Below are positions 47,501 to 57,389 of a stretch of DNA of 64,000 nucleotides, in pieces. The notes under the pieces were generated by a model. It made no database searches. It had not been told where the DNA came from and worked only from the letters and a program-made list of their open reading frames with translations. The position numbers and the translations under genes were made by a program. How positions within the stretch are numbered: position 1 is the first letter of the stretch; each line of letters starts with the position of its first letter. This stretch comes from an uncultured delta proteobacterium (GTDB lineage Bacteria; Myxococcota_A; Polyangia; Polyangiales; Houyiibacteriaceae): the NCBI GenBank assembly GCA_963704865.1, contig CAVPIE010000002.1:395415-459414 (forward strand), in the 5' to 3' direction.

Positions 47501-49852
47501 TTGAGCGCACATGAAACCACCTCTTCGGGCGACCTGGTGGCGCCGGAGGGCAGGCGGCAGGACGTTCTTGCGATCCTGGCCCTTACTGCGACGGTCCTGC
47601 TGACCCTGTCACTCGTGTCCTACGATGCACGAAACGGCGCCGCGAATCTGGTGGGGCCCGTCGGCCACCGATTCGCGCGGGCCGTGATGCTGGCGTTCGG
47701 CCTCGTCGCCTGGATCTTGCCGCTCGAGGGCGGGCTGCTGACCTGGCGTCTGTTTCGCAGGCGCTCCGCCTTGCTCGGTCTTGCCACGATCGCGTCGACG
47801 CTCGTGCTCGTCGTCATCGGTGCAGCCCTCGGGCACCTGCTGATCGAACCGCACGCCGTCTGGGGGGCATCACCGGGAGGAGCGGTGGGGGAGCTCCTCG
47901 GAGAGGTGCTTCGTTCCTTGCTCGGATTCTATGGAACCGTGATCATCGGTTTCGCGATCCTTGGAACTGCGGTCGTTTTGCGAACCCCTTGGACACTCGA
48001 AGAGACCGCTCGAGCGTTTGCTCGCCTCGGCCATGCCGCATGGGCGAAGGTTCGGGGGATCTTCGTTGCGCTGCGCGAGGCCTGGGCCGAGGCGCGCGAA
48101 ATCCACGATGAAGAGATTCGCGCGAGTCAGCCACGCATCATGGGGATGCACTACGACCGCGAGGAAATGGAGCGCGCCCCAGCCCCCACGGTCGTGACGG
48201 CCGCACCGATCCCGAGAGCGGAAAAGCCGAAGCCTAGCCCTGCGGACGGCCCGACGATCGTCGCACCCAAAGAAACCAAGCAGAAGCCTTTGGAGATCTC
48301 GACGCGTCCAAAGCGAAGTCACCGTGACTTCCATCTGCCTCCGACCAGCCTCCTCGACGAGCCGAATGCCTCCGAAATCCACGTCGATGCGGACGCGCTC
48401 CGTGAGAACGCGGAGCTCCTGACCGAAAAGCTTGCCGCGTACGGCGTCCGCGGCCGCGTCGACGAGATCCACCCCGGCCCGGTGGTGACGATGTACGAAT
48501 TCGAGCCGCAGAGTGGCACCAAGGTCTCCAAGATCGCGGGCTTGGCCGATGATCTCGCGATGGCCCTGGCGGCCCAAAAGGTGCGCATCGTGGCGCCGAT
48601 CGCGGGCAAGGCGAGGGTTGGCTTCGAGCTTCCGAACGATTTGCGCCAGACCGTGCACCTGCGTGAAATCGTCGAGGATCGACGCTGGGAGCAGCAGGGG
48701 GGAGCGCTCCCGATGGCGCTCGGCAAGGACATCGCCGGCCAGCCCGTCTACGTCGACCTTGCGCGAATGCCTCACCTGCTCGTCGCCGGTGCAACCGGTT
48801 CAGGTAAGAGCGTGGCGCTCAACGTGATGCTGACCTCGATCCTCGCCAAAAAGACCCCGGAAGAAGTCCGCATGCTGATGATCGACCCGAAGGTGGTCGA
48901 GCTACAGGTCTTCGATGGGATTCCACACATGCTGCTGCCGGTCGTGACCGACATGAAGAAGGCCGCGCTGGCACTTCGTTGGGCGGTCGACGAGATGGAG
49001 CGGCGCTACCAGGTGTTCGCCGATGCGGGCACCCGGAACATCGACACGTACAACCGGCGAGTCGATCGGGTTCTGCGTGGAGAGCTTTCGCTCGAGAAGT
49101 TCATGCCCAAGCGCAAGGGCAAGGTCAGCGCCCAGGACGCGGACGGACGCGAGATTCTCCTCGACCCGACGGACGGCGAGGCAGCGGACGCCGAGAGCTT
49201 CGAGCCCGAGAAATTGCCATCGGTCGTGGTCGTGGTCGACGAGTTTGCCGACCTGATGATGGTCGCAGCCAAGGACGTCGAAGCCTGCATCGCCCGCCTC
49301 GCGCAGAAAGCGAGAGCGGCCGGCATCCATGTGATCCTCGCAACACAGCGACCAAGCGTCGACGTCATTACGGGCATGATCAAGGCCAACTTCCCGGCTC
49401 GAATCGCGTTCAAGGTGGCGCAGCGACAAGACTCGATGACGATCCTCGGCCGCTCCGGGGCGGAGCATTTGCTCGGCATGGGCGACATGCTGATGATCCC
49501 GCCCGGCTCTGGCGATCTGCACCGCGTCCATGCCGCATACGTAAGCGAAGAAGAAGTGAGATCGGTGTGCGACTTCCTGCGCGAGCAGGGCGACCCCGAA
49601 TACCAGGAAGAGATCCTCAAACCACGCGATGACGAGGGCTTCGGCAGCGAGAGCGACGACCCGCTCTACGACAAAGCCGTCGCCGTGGTTGCAAACGCGG
49701 GCTACTGCTCGATCAGTCACGTCCAGCGCCAGTTGAGCGTCGGCTACAACAAGGCCGCGAAGCTCGTCGAACAAATGGAACAGCAAGGCGTCGTCGGGCC
49801 GCCTAGCTCGAAGGCGGGCGGGCGCAGAGAAGTCCTAGTCGGACCGATGTAG
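47501..49852 (+). CDS. ftsK: DNA translocase FtsK/SpoIIIE
   Basis: N-terminal TM helices are present. Walker A is AGATGSGKSVALN and Walker B is VVVVDEFADLM. The gamma wHTH is CSISHVQRQLSVGYNKAAKLVEQME. The start is uncertain (TTG 47501). Confidence 0.9.
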   Translation: MSAHETTSSGDLVAPEGRRQDVLAILALTATVLLTLSLVSYDARNGAANLVGPVGHRFARAVMLAFGLVAWILPLEGGLLTWRLFRRRSALLGLATIASTLVLVVIGAALGHLLIEPHAVWGASPGGAVGELLGEVLRSLLGFYGTVIIGFAILGTAVVLRTPWTLEETARAFARLGHAAWAKVRGIFVALREAWAEAREIHDEEIRASQPRIMGMHYDREEMERAPAPTVVTAAPIPRAEKPKPSPADGPTIVAPKETKQKPLEISTRPKRSHRDFHLPPTSLLDEPNASEIHVDADALRENAELLTEKLAAYGVRGRVDEIHPGPVVTMYEFEPQSGTKVSKIAGLADDLAMALAAQKVRIVAPIAGKARVGFELPNDLRQTVHLREIVEDRRWEQQGGALPMALGKDIAGQPVYVDLARMPHLLVAGATGSGKSVALNVMLTSILAKKTPEEVRMLMIDPKVVELQVFDGIPHMLLPVVTDMKKAALALRWAVDEMERRYQVFADAGTRNIDTYNRRVDRVLRGELSLEKFMPKRKGKVSAQDADGREILLDPTDGEAADAESFEPEKLPSVVVVVDEFADLMMVAAKDVEACIARLAQKARAAGIHVILATQRPSVDVITGMIKANFPARIAFKVAQRQDSMTILGRSGAEHLLGMGDMLMIPPGSGDLHRVHAAYVSEEEVRSVCDFLREQGDPEYQEEILKPRDDEGFGSESDDPLYDKAVAVVANAGYCSISHVQRQLSVGYNKAAKLVEQMEQQGVVGPPSSKAGGRREVLVGPM

Positions 49853-50196
49853 CGCGACCGACCCGGGGCACGGGGACAGGACCAACCACCTCCCCCAACG
49901 GCAGGCGGCAGCGCGAGCCTGAAGGGCGAAGCCCGGCGCGAAGCGCCGGCAAGGCAGAGCGAAGCGATTGCCGCGCCAGGGAGGACTACGGGTGGGGGTG
50001 GGCGGGGCGGTTCAATCAAACCTCAGCACGCAACCAATCCAACGCCCCGCCTCCAAGCGCCCGCGGCAGCGCAAGTTGAACGCTGACGCCCGCCCCTCCG
50101 GCCACATTTGCAAGCCGCCCCGTCCGTCGAACCCCTGCGTGGCGTTCACAGCGCCCCGGTTGGCGCTTCTTCCGAGCGCATCGCAAAGTTCGCCCA

Positions 50197-51498
50197 ATGC
50201 CCACCGACGACGAGCTGATCGCCCTCGATCGGGCGCACCTGTGGCGTCCGTACACTTCGAGTGACGATCACGAAAGGCGTCCGCTCTTCGTCGTGGATCG
50301 GGCCGAGGGGCCCTGGTTGATCGCGGCCGATGGGAGGCGGGTGCTCGACGCGAGTGGCTCTTGGTGGTGCAATAATCTCGGGCACGCGCATCCGCGTCTT
50401 CGCTCGGCGATCGCCCAACAATCCGAGCGGATGATGCACTGCACACTGGCTGCTGTGACCCACGAGCCAGCCGCGCGACTTTCCGCCGAGCTCGTCGCCA
50501 TCGCCCCGAGCGGCCTCGACCGCGTCTTCTACAGCGACAACGGCTCCACCGCGGTCGAGGTCGCGCTCAAGATGGCTTTTCAGTATTGGCAGCAAAACGG
50601 CCGGCCAAAACGCACACGCTTCCTCGGCCTTCCCGGCGCCTATCATGGGGACACCGTCGGAGCGATGAGCGCAGGCGCCGTCGACGAGTTCAGTGCGATA
50701 TTCCGACCGATTCTCTTCGATGTCCGAAGGCCGGCGGATGCGGTCGAGCAGCAATGGGAGCCGGTGTTTGAACAGCTGTTCGAGCTGCTGCGCAAGGACG
50801 CCGATCGAATCGCCGCCGTGATTGTCGAGCCGCTGGTCCAAGGCGCCGCTGGCATGCGGATGTACCCGGCGGAGCTGCTCGCCGAGCTTAGAAGAGAGAC
50901 CGAACGAGCAGACACCTTCCTGATCGCGGACGAGGTTTTCTCCGGCTTTGGCCGAACGGGCCCGATGTGGGCATGCGACCAGGCCGGCATCGCGCCGGAC
51001 CTGCTGTGCACGGCAAAAGGCCTCTCCGGCGGCGTCTTGCCGTTTGCCGCCACGCTCGCGACCGATCGCATCTACGATGGCTTTCGCGGGGACAAGAGCC
51101 GCGCGCTCATGCACGGACACACCTTCTGCGGCAATCCTCTCGGCGCCGCGGTCGCGCGGGAAGTCTTGGCGATTTACCGCGACGAGCAGATTCTCGAAGC
51201 CGCAAAGCCCAAAGCGGCACGGCTTGCCGCTCGCATTCATGAGATGAACGAGGTGGTCGGTGTGTCCTCGCCGCGGGCCTTGGGTATGTGTGCTGCCTTC
51301 GACGTTGGAGCGCGTGGCTATCTGGGTACGGTCGGCTGGGAGATCTCCGAGGCCGCCCTCGAGCTCGGCGCCCATCTCCGCCCCCTCGGCAACACCGTCT
51401 ATCTGGTTCCGCCGCTCAACATCGAGGACGCCGACCTCGAGCGCTTGCTCGGGATCGTGCGCGAATCCACGGAACGCGTGCTACGAAGCGTCCGGTGA
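50197..51498 (+). CDS. bioA: Adenosylmethionine-8-amino-7-oxononanoate aminotransferase
   Basis: This is a class III PLP aminotransferase: LWRPYT.., FYSDNGSTAVEVALKMA, FLIADEVFSGFGRTG, CTAKGLSGG. The length of 433 aa and the N-terminal motif are typical of BioA. Confidence 0.8.
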   Translation: MPTDDELIALDRAHLWRPYTSSDDHERRPLFVVDRAEGPWLIAADGRRVLDASGSWWCNNLGHAHPRLRSAIAQQSERMMHCTLAAVTHEPAARLSAELVAIAPSGLDRVFYSDNGSTAVEVALKMAFQYWQQNGRPKRTRFLGLPGAYHGDTVGAMSAGAVDEFSAIFRPILFDVRRPADAVEQQWEPVFEQLFELLRKDADRIAAVIVEPLVQGAAGMRMYPAELLAELRRETERADTFLIADEVFSGFGRTGPMWACDQAGIAPDLLCTAKGLSGGVLPFAATLATDRIYDGFRGDKSRALMHGHTFCGNPLGAAVAREVLAIYRDEQILEAAKPKAARLAARIHEMNEVVGVSSPRALGMCAAFDVGARGYLGTVGWEISEAALELGAHLRPLGNTVYLVPPLNIEDADLERLLGIVRESTERVLRSVR

Positions 51499-53039
51499 CC
51501 GAGACCAGCTCCAACAAGTCGAGCCCGAGGCCTCGCCACCAGGCGTACGGCCTCGCGACGCTCGGCGGCACGTTTTATTTCCTTGGTTGGGCCGGATTCG
51601 GGTTTTGGCCGCTTTCCCTAGTCTGCTTGGTTCCACTCTGGGGCGCGCTCGAGCTCGGCCTCGGGCTATCCTGGCGACACAGCCTTGCGGTCGCTTGGCT
51701 CTACGGCACCGTGACCTGCGCCGGAGGTTACCACTGGCTCGTCGAGTTTCTCGACGTGTTCTCGGGGTACGGATACGCGGCGAGCGCCCTCTTCTGGTTG
51801 CTGTTTTCTGCCTATCTGGGATTCAACTTCGCGGTCTACGGCCTGGTCTACCGCGCACTTCGAAAGCGTGGTTGGAGCACGAGCTTCATCGCCATCCCGA
51901 CGCTGCTCTTGATCGAGTGGCTCTATCCGTCCCTGTTTCCGACCTATCTCTCCAACAGCCTCTTTGCTCAGACGGTGTTCGTCCAGATCGCAGACCTCGG
52001 CGGTCCGATGCTCGTCACGGTGGTGATGGCCCTGGTGAACCTGTCGATTTACGAAGCTTGGCGTTGGAGGCGAGCGCGCCGGTCCGCACCCAAAGCGCTC
52101 TGGGGCCTGACGGTCGCGGCGATCGCCTTCACGACCATCTACGGCATGGTCCGCATCGCTCAAGTCGAAGCGGAGCTCGAGGAAGCACCGATCCTCCGTA
52201 TCGGAATCGTCCAGGTCAACATGGGCATCTTCGAAAAGCGCAGCGAAGCGAAAGAAGGTCATCGACGCCACCTCGAACAAAGCCGCGAGCTAGAAGCTCA
52301 GGGTGAGCTCGATCTACTGATCTGGCCCGAATCGGCGTTCGTCGACGGCCTTCCGCACAGGGTGCCGTTCTCGGCGGATAGGGTGCGTGAAGACTTGAAA
52401 TCTCCACTCCTCTTCGGAGGCGTCTCGGTGGAGCGAACCGACGGCAAGCGCAGGATCTACAACACGGTCTTTTTGACCGACGACGAAGGCACGGTGCGCT
52501 CGACCTACGACAAGACCTACCTGCTGATGTTTGGCGAGTATCTTCCCTTCGGCGACATCTTCCCAATCCTCTACGACCTCTCGCCAAACAGCGGTCACTT
52601 CAGCGCAGGGACCCACGTTCGTCCGTTGACCTTGGGGCCATGGCGAATCTCCACACCCGTTTGTTACGAAGACGTGCTTGCGCGCTTCACCCGAAAGATG
52701 GTGCGCGAAGCCAAACCTCACGTGCTGGTGAACCTCACCAACGACGCCTGGTTCGGCAACAGCCAAGAGCCTTGGATCCACTTGGTGTTGTCACGGTATC
52801 GCGCAATCGAGCACCGCCGTTACATGGTGCGGTCCACCAACAGCGGCATCAGCGCCGTCATCGATCCCCTTGGCCGCATCGTCGCCCAAACCGGCCTCCT
52901 CACCCGCGAGAACCTTCGATACGACGTTCACATGCTCGAACGGGACACCGTCTACGGGCACATCGGCGACTGGCCGGGATGGTTCGCGCTTGCGGCCATC
53001 TTGGCCATGTTCATTCGTCGACGAGACGAGGCGCGATGA
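51495..53039 (+). CDS. lnt: Apolipoprotein N-acyltransferase
   Basis: A polytopic N-terminal half is followed by a C-N hydrolase domain with LLIWPESA, PVCYEDV and NLTNDAWFG. I chose GTG 51495 (GTGA overlap with the bioA stop). The ORF-track start at 51288 lies inside bioA. Confidence 0.85.
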   Translation: MTETSSNKSSPRPRHQAYGLATLGGTFYFLGWAGFGFWPLSLVCLVPLWGALELGLGLSWRHSLAVAWLYGTVTCAGGYHWLVEFLDVFSGYGYAASALFWLLFSAYLGFNFAVYGLVYRALRKRGWSTSFIAIPTLLLIEWLYPSLFPTYLSNSLFAQTVFVQIADLGGPMLVTVVMALVNLSIYEAWRWRRARRSAPKALWGLTVAAIAFTTIYGMVRIAQVEAELEEAPILRIGIVQVNMGIFEKRSEAKEGHRRHLEQSRELEAQGELDLLIWPESAFVDGLPHRVPFSADRVREDLKSPLLFGGVSVERTDGKRRIYNTVFLTDDEGTVRSTYDKTYLLMFGEYLPFGDIFPILYDLSPNSGHFSAGTHVRPLTLGPWRISTPVCYEDVLARFTRKMVREAKPHVLVNLTNDAWFGNSQEPWIHLVLSRYRAIEHRRYMVRSTNSGISAVIDPLGRIVAQTGLLTRENLRYDVHMLERDTVYGHIGDWPGWFALAAILAMFIRRRDEAR

Positions 53040-54732
53040 GCAGCCGGTAGCTGCCGTCCTCACCCGACACGGCCTCGGCGACCTGGAGAGGACGGGTTCC
53101 ACCGCTGCTTGGATTGAAGACGTAACCGCGCACTAGCGCGTTCGGCACCGGCTCCCTGTCGCTGTTTCGGATGACCCCGTCGACGGCGACCGGGGGCTCC
53201 AAGCGATACTCTCTTCGTAGGTCGCCCTCATCGAGGCTCATCCGCAGCTCCGGCTCGACCAGCCACGCGAAACCGGATTCCGCGGGCAGCTTGACTTGCA
53301 TGTCGTAGACACCCACGTCGACACTCATCGCAAAGTCGCCGAGATCGTCCGACACCACCTCCTGAGACCTGTGAACAGAGCTGGGATCCGCAGCCGGCCG
53401 GGCGCGAGCCAGAACCGTCACCCCCGGCGCCGGCTCATTTCGAAATGTCGACACCGTGCCGGAAAGGTTGATCTGCGAAGGAACGAGCAGAGTGGCGATC
53501 TCCGTCCCCTCTTCACCGACGGCCGCGTCGGCGTAGTGGATGCCCCAATTGTTCGCAATGTCCTTGGGCGGCGTCACGGTGATCGAATAAAAACCGGTCA
53601 ACAGCTCCGCGACAAAGCTGCCGTCCTCGGTCGTCGTCGCAGACCCGCTGAAGGTGCCTTCGAGCCCGAGCTGAACCCCGCCAAAGATCTTCGTCGACAG
53701 AAATCGCACAGTTGCCCCTGGCACGGCCCTGCCGATCTTGTCACGGACGCTGCCAGAGACTTGAACAGGCGCGAGTCGCGGAATGTAAATGAGCTTGTCG
53801 GCTGGGTTGTTCACGAAAAGCAGATCCGGGTCGACGGAGACCGCCGGAAATGGAGCGCGTCCCGCGCTCGACGTGATGCGAATCAAATAGTCGGATGCCT
53901 CATTGCTGACTCGAATGGCGAAACGCCCGTCGGCATCGGTCTCTGCGATCGACGACACGACTCGGTCGGTCTGTTTGTCGATCGCCCGAACTTGCAGTCC
54001 CGCCTCGGGCAGATCGACCTGACCTTCGTTGTCGCGGCTGTAGATCTCTGCGCGAAATGTGCAGCCGATGTCGCGGTTGACCGTGCAGTCGTCGGCAAGT
54101 CCGGCGGGAAAAGCGATGTCGATGCGAAAGGGCTCACTCGGATCTCCTTCCGCGATAGGAAGCAATAGATACAGCGGGGGCAGGCTCCGAATCGCAGGCG
54201 CGGGCTCTTGCGCGGGCACCATGACCATGTCGCTGCTCGGCATCACGACCAGCTCATAGGTTTCGCCAGCAACCAAGACGGTGCTGAAGTCGTTGTCCTC
54301 CGATCCATCTGCGGCCAACGGGTCGCGGATGGTGTCTACCTCGATCGCAATCGGCGCAAGCGGAGCGAGCGCGTCATCCATCCGGCGAACGAAGCGAAGC
54401 GTCGCAGGCACCTGTGAGCCGTTCCAGCGAACGGTTCCGACGACCTGCCGAGTCGCGGGCAAGAGGAGGTCGCGGCCGGTCGAGCCCGATGCTGATTGTG
54501 CAGCAAACGCCCAGCTCGCCGGCGTGACGACTTGGGTTTCTGCCGGTCCGCGCACGACTTCGATCGCGAGGACCACCGAGGCGCCGGAATCATCGAGGCA
54601 GATGTTTCCGTCGCACACGCCCTGTGAGCAGCTCGCGATGCCCGCGCAAGAGTTGTCGATCGTTGCGACTGTGGCTGAATCGAAGCTGCAGCCCACGAGC
54701 ATGACGAGAACCGACAGCGGCCACGGTCTCAT
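53011..54732 (-). CDS. Lipoprotein with repeated carboxypeptidase-regulatory-like (Ig/prealbumin-fold) domains
   Basis: The lipobox is VLVMLVGC. Repeated beta-sandwich signatures are present (DADGRFAIRV, EDGSFVAELLTGFYSITVTP, DLGDFAMSVDVGVYDMQV, GEDGSYRLLIAP). There is an ATGA overlap with the upstream gene. The 3' end overlaps convergent lnt by 29 nt. Confidence 0.65.
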   Translation of the reverse strand: MRPWPLSVLVMLVGCSFDSATVATIDNSCAGIASCSQGVCDGNICLDDSGASVVLAIEVVRGPAETQVVTPASWAFAAQSASGSTGRDLLLPATRQVVGTVRWNGSQVPATLRFVRRMDDALAPLAPIAIEVDTIRDPLAADGSEDNDFSTVLVAGETYELVVMPSSDMVMVPAQEPAPAIRSLPPLYLLLPIAEGDPSEPFRIDIAFPAGLADDCTVNRDIGCTFRAEIYSRDNEGQVDLPEAGLQVRAIDKQTDRVVSSIAETDADGRFAIRVSNEASDYLIRITSSAGRAPFPAVSVDPDLLFVNNPADKLIYIPRLAPVQVSGSVRDKIGRAVPGATVRFLSTKIFGGVQLGLEGTFSGSATTTEDGSFVAELLTGFYSITVTPPKDIANNWGIHYADAAVGEEGTEIATLLVPSQINLSGTVSTFRNEPAPGVTVLARARPAADPSSVHRSQEVVSDDLGDFAMSVDVGVYDMQVKLPAESGFAWLVEPELRMSLDEGDLRREYRLEPPVAVDGVIRNSDREPVPNALVRGYVFNPSSGGTRPLQVAEAVSGEDGSYRLLIAPRLVDE

Positions 54733-55274
54733 CGGCACTCCTGCAGGATGACGGGGTTGTCGGTGTCGGTTACGCGAACCCACCAGGTCACATCGTCGAA
54801 ATCCCCCTCTTCAGCTGGACGGCGTGGTTCGACGAAGCTATCGAACTCCCCCACGACGACCAACTCGATCCGGTGGCATTCGCCTGCGGAGAGCAGATCG
54901 TAGGGAACGAACAACGCGGTCGGGCGCTCGAGGAATCCCGATGGGGGGATCTCGCCGCTGGTAAAGGGAACGTCGGGCGCTGGAGGCGAGTCGAGAAACA
55001 GCCGATAGTCGAGCGTCTGATCGAAGTTAGGGTCCCGAACGACAATCTGGAGGGGCATCTCCGGGGTCTCGATGGCATCGTCGAGGTTGATCTGCCCAAT
55101 TCGGTTGAGCGGAAACTCGGCCGTCGGCTCGCTCACGATCGAGGGGGGGAAGTTCTGCGCGGGGTCGAACTCGACCGGAGTGGTCGCAATGCATCCGCCG
55201 TTCGAGGCGAGGGCGAGGAGCACCACAGATGGAGCAAAGTAAAGCATCCCAGCGAATTTAGAAGCAAAGGCCAT
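54729..55274 (-). CDS. Hypothetical lipoprotein
   Basis: It has a signal peptide and a Cys (LLALASNGGC). I recognised no domain. It is coupled to the downstream repeat lipoprotein. Confidence 0.55.
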   Translation of the reverse strand: MAFASKFAGMLYFAPSVVLLALASNGGCIATTPVEFDPAQNFPPSIVSEPTAEFPLNRIGQINLDDAIETPEMPLQIVVRDPNFDQTLDYRLFLDSPPAPDVPFTSGEIPPSGFLERPTALFVPYDLLSAGECHRIELVVVGEFDSFVEPRRPAEEGDFDDVTWWVRVTDTDNPVILQECR

Positions 55275-55352
55275 GCCGCGGTTCCGAACCCGAAAAACCT
55301 TGGGCTTTCCACAGTGTCACATGAATCTCGGGGCTTACCTATGACATTAATG

Positions 55353-57176
55353 TCAGCCCTCGGCAGCTCCGCCAGGCTCCGGAGCGTCGGGTTCGCGCTC
55401 GAGATATCGGAAGATGGTCCTCGGATCCACGCCCAGATCCCGGGCCGTTCGCGTGCGATTGCCACCGTTTCGCTCGAGGACTTCGAGGATGTACGTTCGT
55501 GTGAACTCCTCCCGGGCTTGCGTGAGCGGAATGACCGCGCGCTGTTGATCGCCACCCAAGTCCAGGTCGTCCGGGCCGATCAGCGTTTTGTCTGCAAGCA
55601 CGATCGCTTTCTTGATGCGGTTCTCCAACTGACGCACGTTCCCGGGCCAGTCGTAGTTGTGCATGGCGTCGAGTGCCTTGGGAGTGAAGCCATTGACCGT
55701 TGCGCCGAATTCCGCAGCGTACTTGTGGAGCAAGAACTTCGCGAGGATGGTGATGTCGTCTCCGCGCTCCCGGAGCGGTGGCAGATGAAGGTTCACGACG
55801 TTCAAGCGATAGTAGAGATCCTCTCGAAACGTCCCTTCTTTGATCGAAGCTTCGAGATCGCGGTTTGTCGCTGCGAGGACCCGAATGTCGACCGCCTGAG
55901 GCTTGGTGTCACCAACTTTGACGACGACGCGTTCCTGAAGGGCGCGCAACAGCTTCACCTGAAGCGCCAGCGGCATCTCGCCGATCTCATCGAGGAAGAG
56001 CGTGCCCCCGTCTGCCGCTTGGAAGCTGCCTTGCCGGGTCGACACCGCACCGGTGAACGCGCCGCGCACGTGACCAAACAGCTCCGACTCCATCAGGTTC
56101 TCGGGAATGGCACCGCAATTCACGACAATGAAAGGGCCTTCGGCACGATTGGAGCGACGATGTAGCTCGCGGGCGAATAGCTCCTTTCCGGTGCCAGTCT
56201 CGCCGGTAATCAGGACGTTGATGTCGGCCGCCGCCACTTTCTCCACGCGGCGAAACACCTCTTGCAGGCTCGGACAGCTGCCGATGATCCCGCCGAACTT
56301 TTGCGACTCGAGCTCCTCGGCGATGCGATCGCGATCGGTGGTCAGCTGATTGAGCAAGATCGCGTTCTGCAAGATGAGCGATGCCTGGCCCGCGAACACC
56401 GTGAGCACCTCGAGGCTCGATTGCTCGAACAGGTTCACCACGTTGTCGTTGCCCACGTAGATCAGTCCCAGCAGCTGACCCTGCGCGATGAGCGGCGCAA
56501 CCATGACGGAGCTAAGCTGCAAGTCCATCACACTTTCACTCGAGTTGAACATGGTGTCATTGACGGCGTCGCTCACGATCAGCGGCTGGCGCGTGTCGAT
56601 GCAGCGGCGAAGAATGCTGTCCGAAAGCTGAGTCACGGCATCTGGAATCGTCTGTCTGTCCACGTTGCGAGCGGCAGCGATCTCCGGGTCTCCGTCGCGA
56701 AGCAAGATGACGAAGCCTTTATTCGCGTGGATGACGTCGATTACCGCATCGAGCAGTGCTTCGATCTGGTCGGGGATGGCTCGTATCTCGAGCAGCCGGC
56801 GATTGAAATCGCTCAGCTTCATCATTCCCTCGATCTCCGAGGTCTGAGAGGCCTTGCCCCCGACGTCCGGATCGCGCGAGCTGCTCTCGTCGTAGAGTGA
56901 GAACACCAGCTCGACGTCTCCGAGAGTCAGCTTGTCGTTGTGAAAGATCTTCGATTTCTTCTTTTTCTTCCCGTTGACTTGGAAGGTTGCGCCGGGGTCG
57001 ACAGGCGCCACGGCGAAATCGCGTCCATCGAACACCAGTTGTGCGTGATGCGCTTCCAAGGCCTCCGAATCGATCGAAATATCGTTGGCCCCGGCCCGTC
57101 CGATCGACGTCACACGCTTGTAGATCCCGAACACACGGGGCCGGCCCTGCTGCACCATCCACTTGAGGCTCGGCAT
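55353..57176 (-). CDS. Sigma54-dependent transcriptional activator with FHA and GAF sensory domains
   Basis: The FHA domain has YKRVTSIGRAGANDISIDSEALEAHHAQLVFDG. A GAF-like region follows. The AAA+ module has GETGTGKELFAR, ESELFGHVRGAFTGA (GAFTGA motif) and TLFLDEIGEM. The C-terminal HTH is NRTRTARDLGVDPRTIFRYL. I chose ATG 57176 because the 48-codon extension to 57320 has visibly lower third-position GC. Confidence 0.85.
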   Translation of the reverse strand: MPSLKWMVQQGRPRVFGIYKRVTSIGRAGANDISIDSEALEAHHAQLVFDGRDFAVAPVDPGATFQVNGKKKKKSKIFHNDKLTLGDVELVFSLYDESSSRDPDVGGKASQTSEIEGMMKLSDFNRRLLEIRAIPDQIEALLDAVIDVIHANKGFVILLRDGDPEIAAARNVDRQTIPDAVTQLSDSILRRCIDTRQPLIVSDAVNDTMFNSSESVMDLQLSSVMVAPLIAQGQLLGLIYVGNDNVVNLFEQSSLEVLTVFAGQASLILQNAILLNQLTTDRDRIAEELESQKFGGIIGSCPSLQEVFRRVEKVAAADINVLITGETGTGKELFARELHRRSNRAEGPFIVVNCGAIPENLMESELFGHVRGAFTGAVSTRQGSFQAADGGTLFLDEIGEMPLALQVKLLRALQERVVVKVGDTKPQAVDIRVLAATNRDLEASIKEGTFREDLYYRLNVVNLHLPPLRERGDDITILAKFLLHKYAAEFGATVNGFTPKALDAMHNYDWPGNVRQLENRIKKAIVLADKTLIGPDDLDLGGDQQRAVIPLTQAREEFTRTYILEVLERNGGNRTRTARDLGVDPRTIFRYLEREPDAPEPGGAAEG

Positions 57177-57389
57177 AGGGCCGGCACTGTACCAGACCCC
57201 AATTTGCGTGTCACCGTTGGGCTTCGATTGCAATGAGCCCAGCGGCTCGCGCGTCCCGTCGACTATACGATCATTCTTCGGGTTGAGGACACTAAAAAAG
57301 TGGAATCCGTGAATCGACATCCAGTCGATCGGTTTATCACCCCTTGCGGACTAGCTTTTCGTCGCGCGGCTCGGCACTCTTAAAGCTAG

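Noticed and set aside
50012-50446. A 144-aa minus ORF, plus the ORFs at 49968-50264 and 50016-50255, inside the ftsK-bioA spacer.
   Set aside because: They are Arg/Ala-rich and mutually overlapping in three frames. They extend into bioA antisense and have no RBS or motif, so they are not credible genes.
57177-57320. A 48-codon N-terminal extension of the sigma54 activator (MSIHGFHFFSVLNPKND...).
   Set aside because: Third-position GC is visibly lower than in the rest of the gene, especially in the first ~20 codons. The FHA domain is complete from the ATG at 57176. I kept it as an alternative start only.
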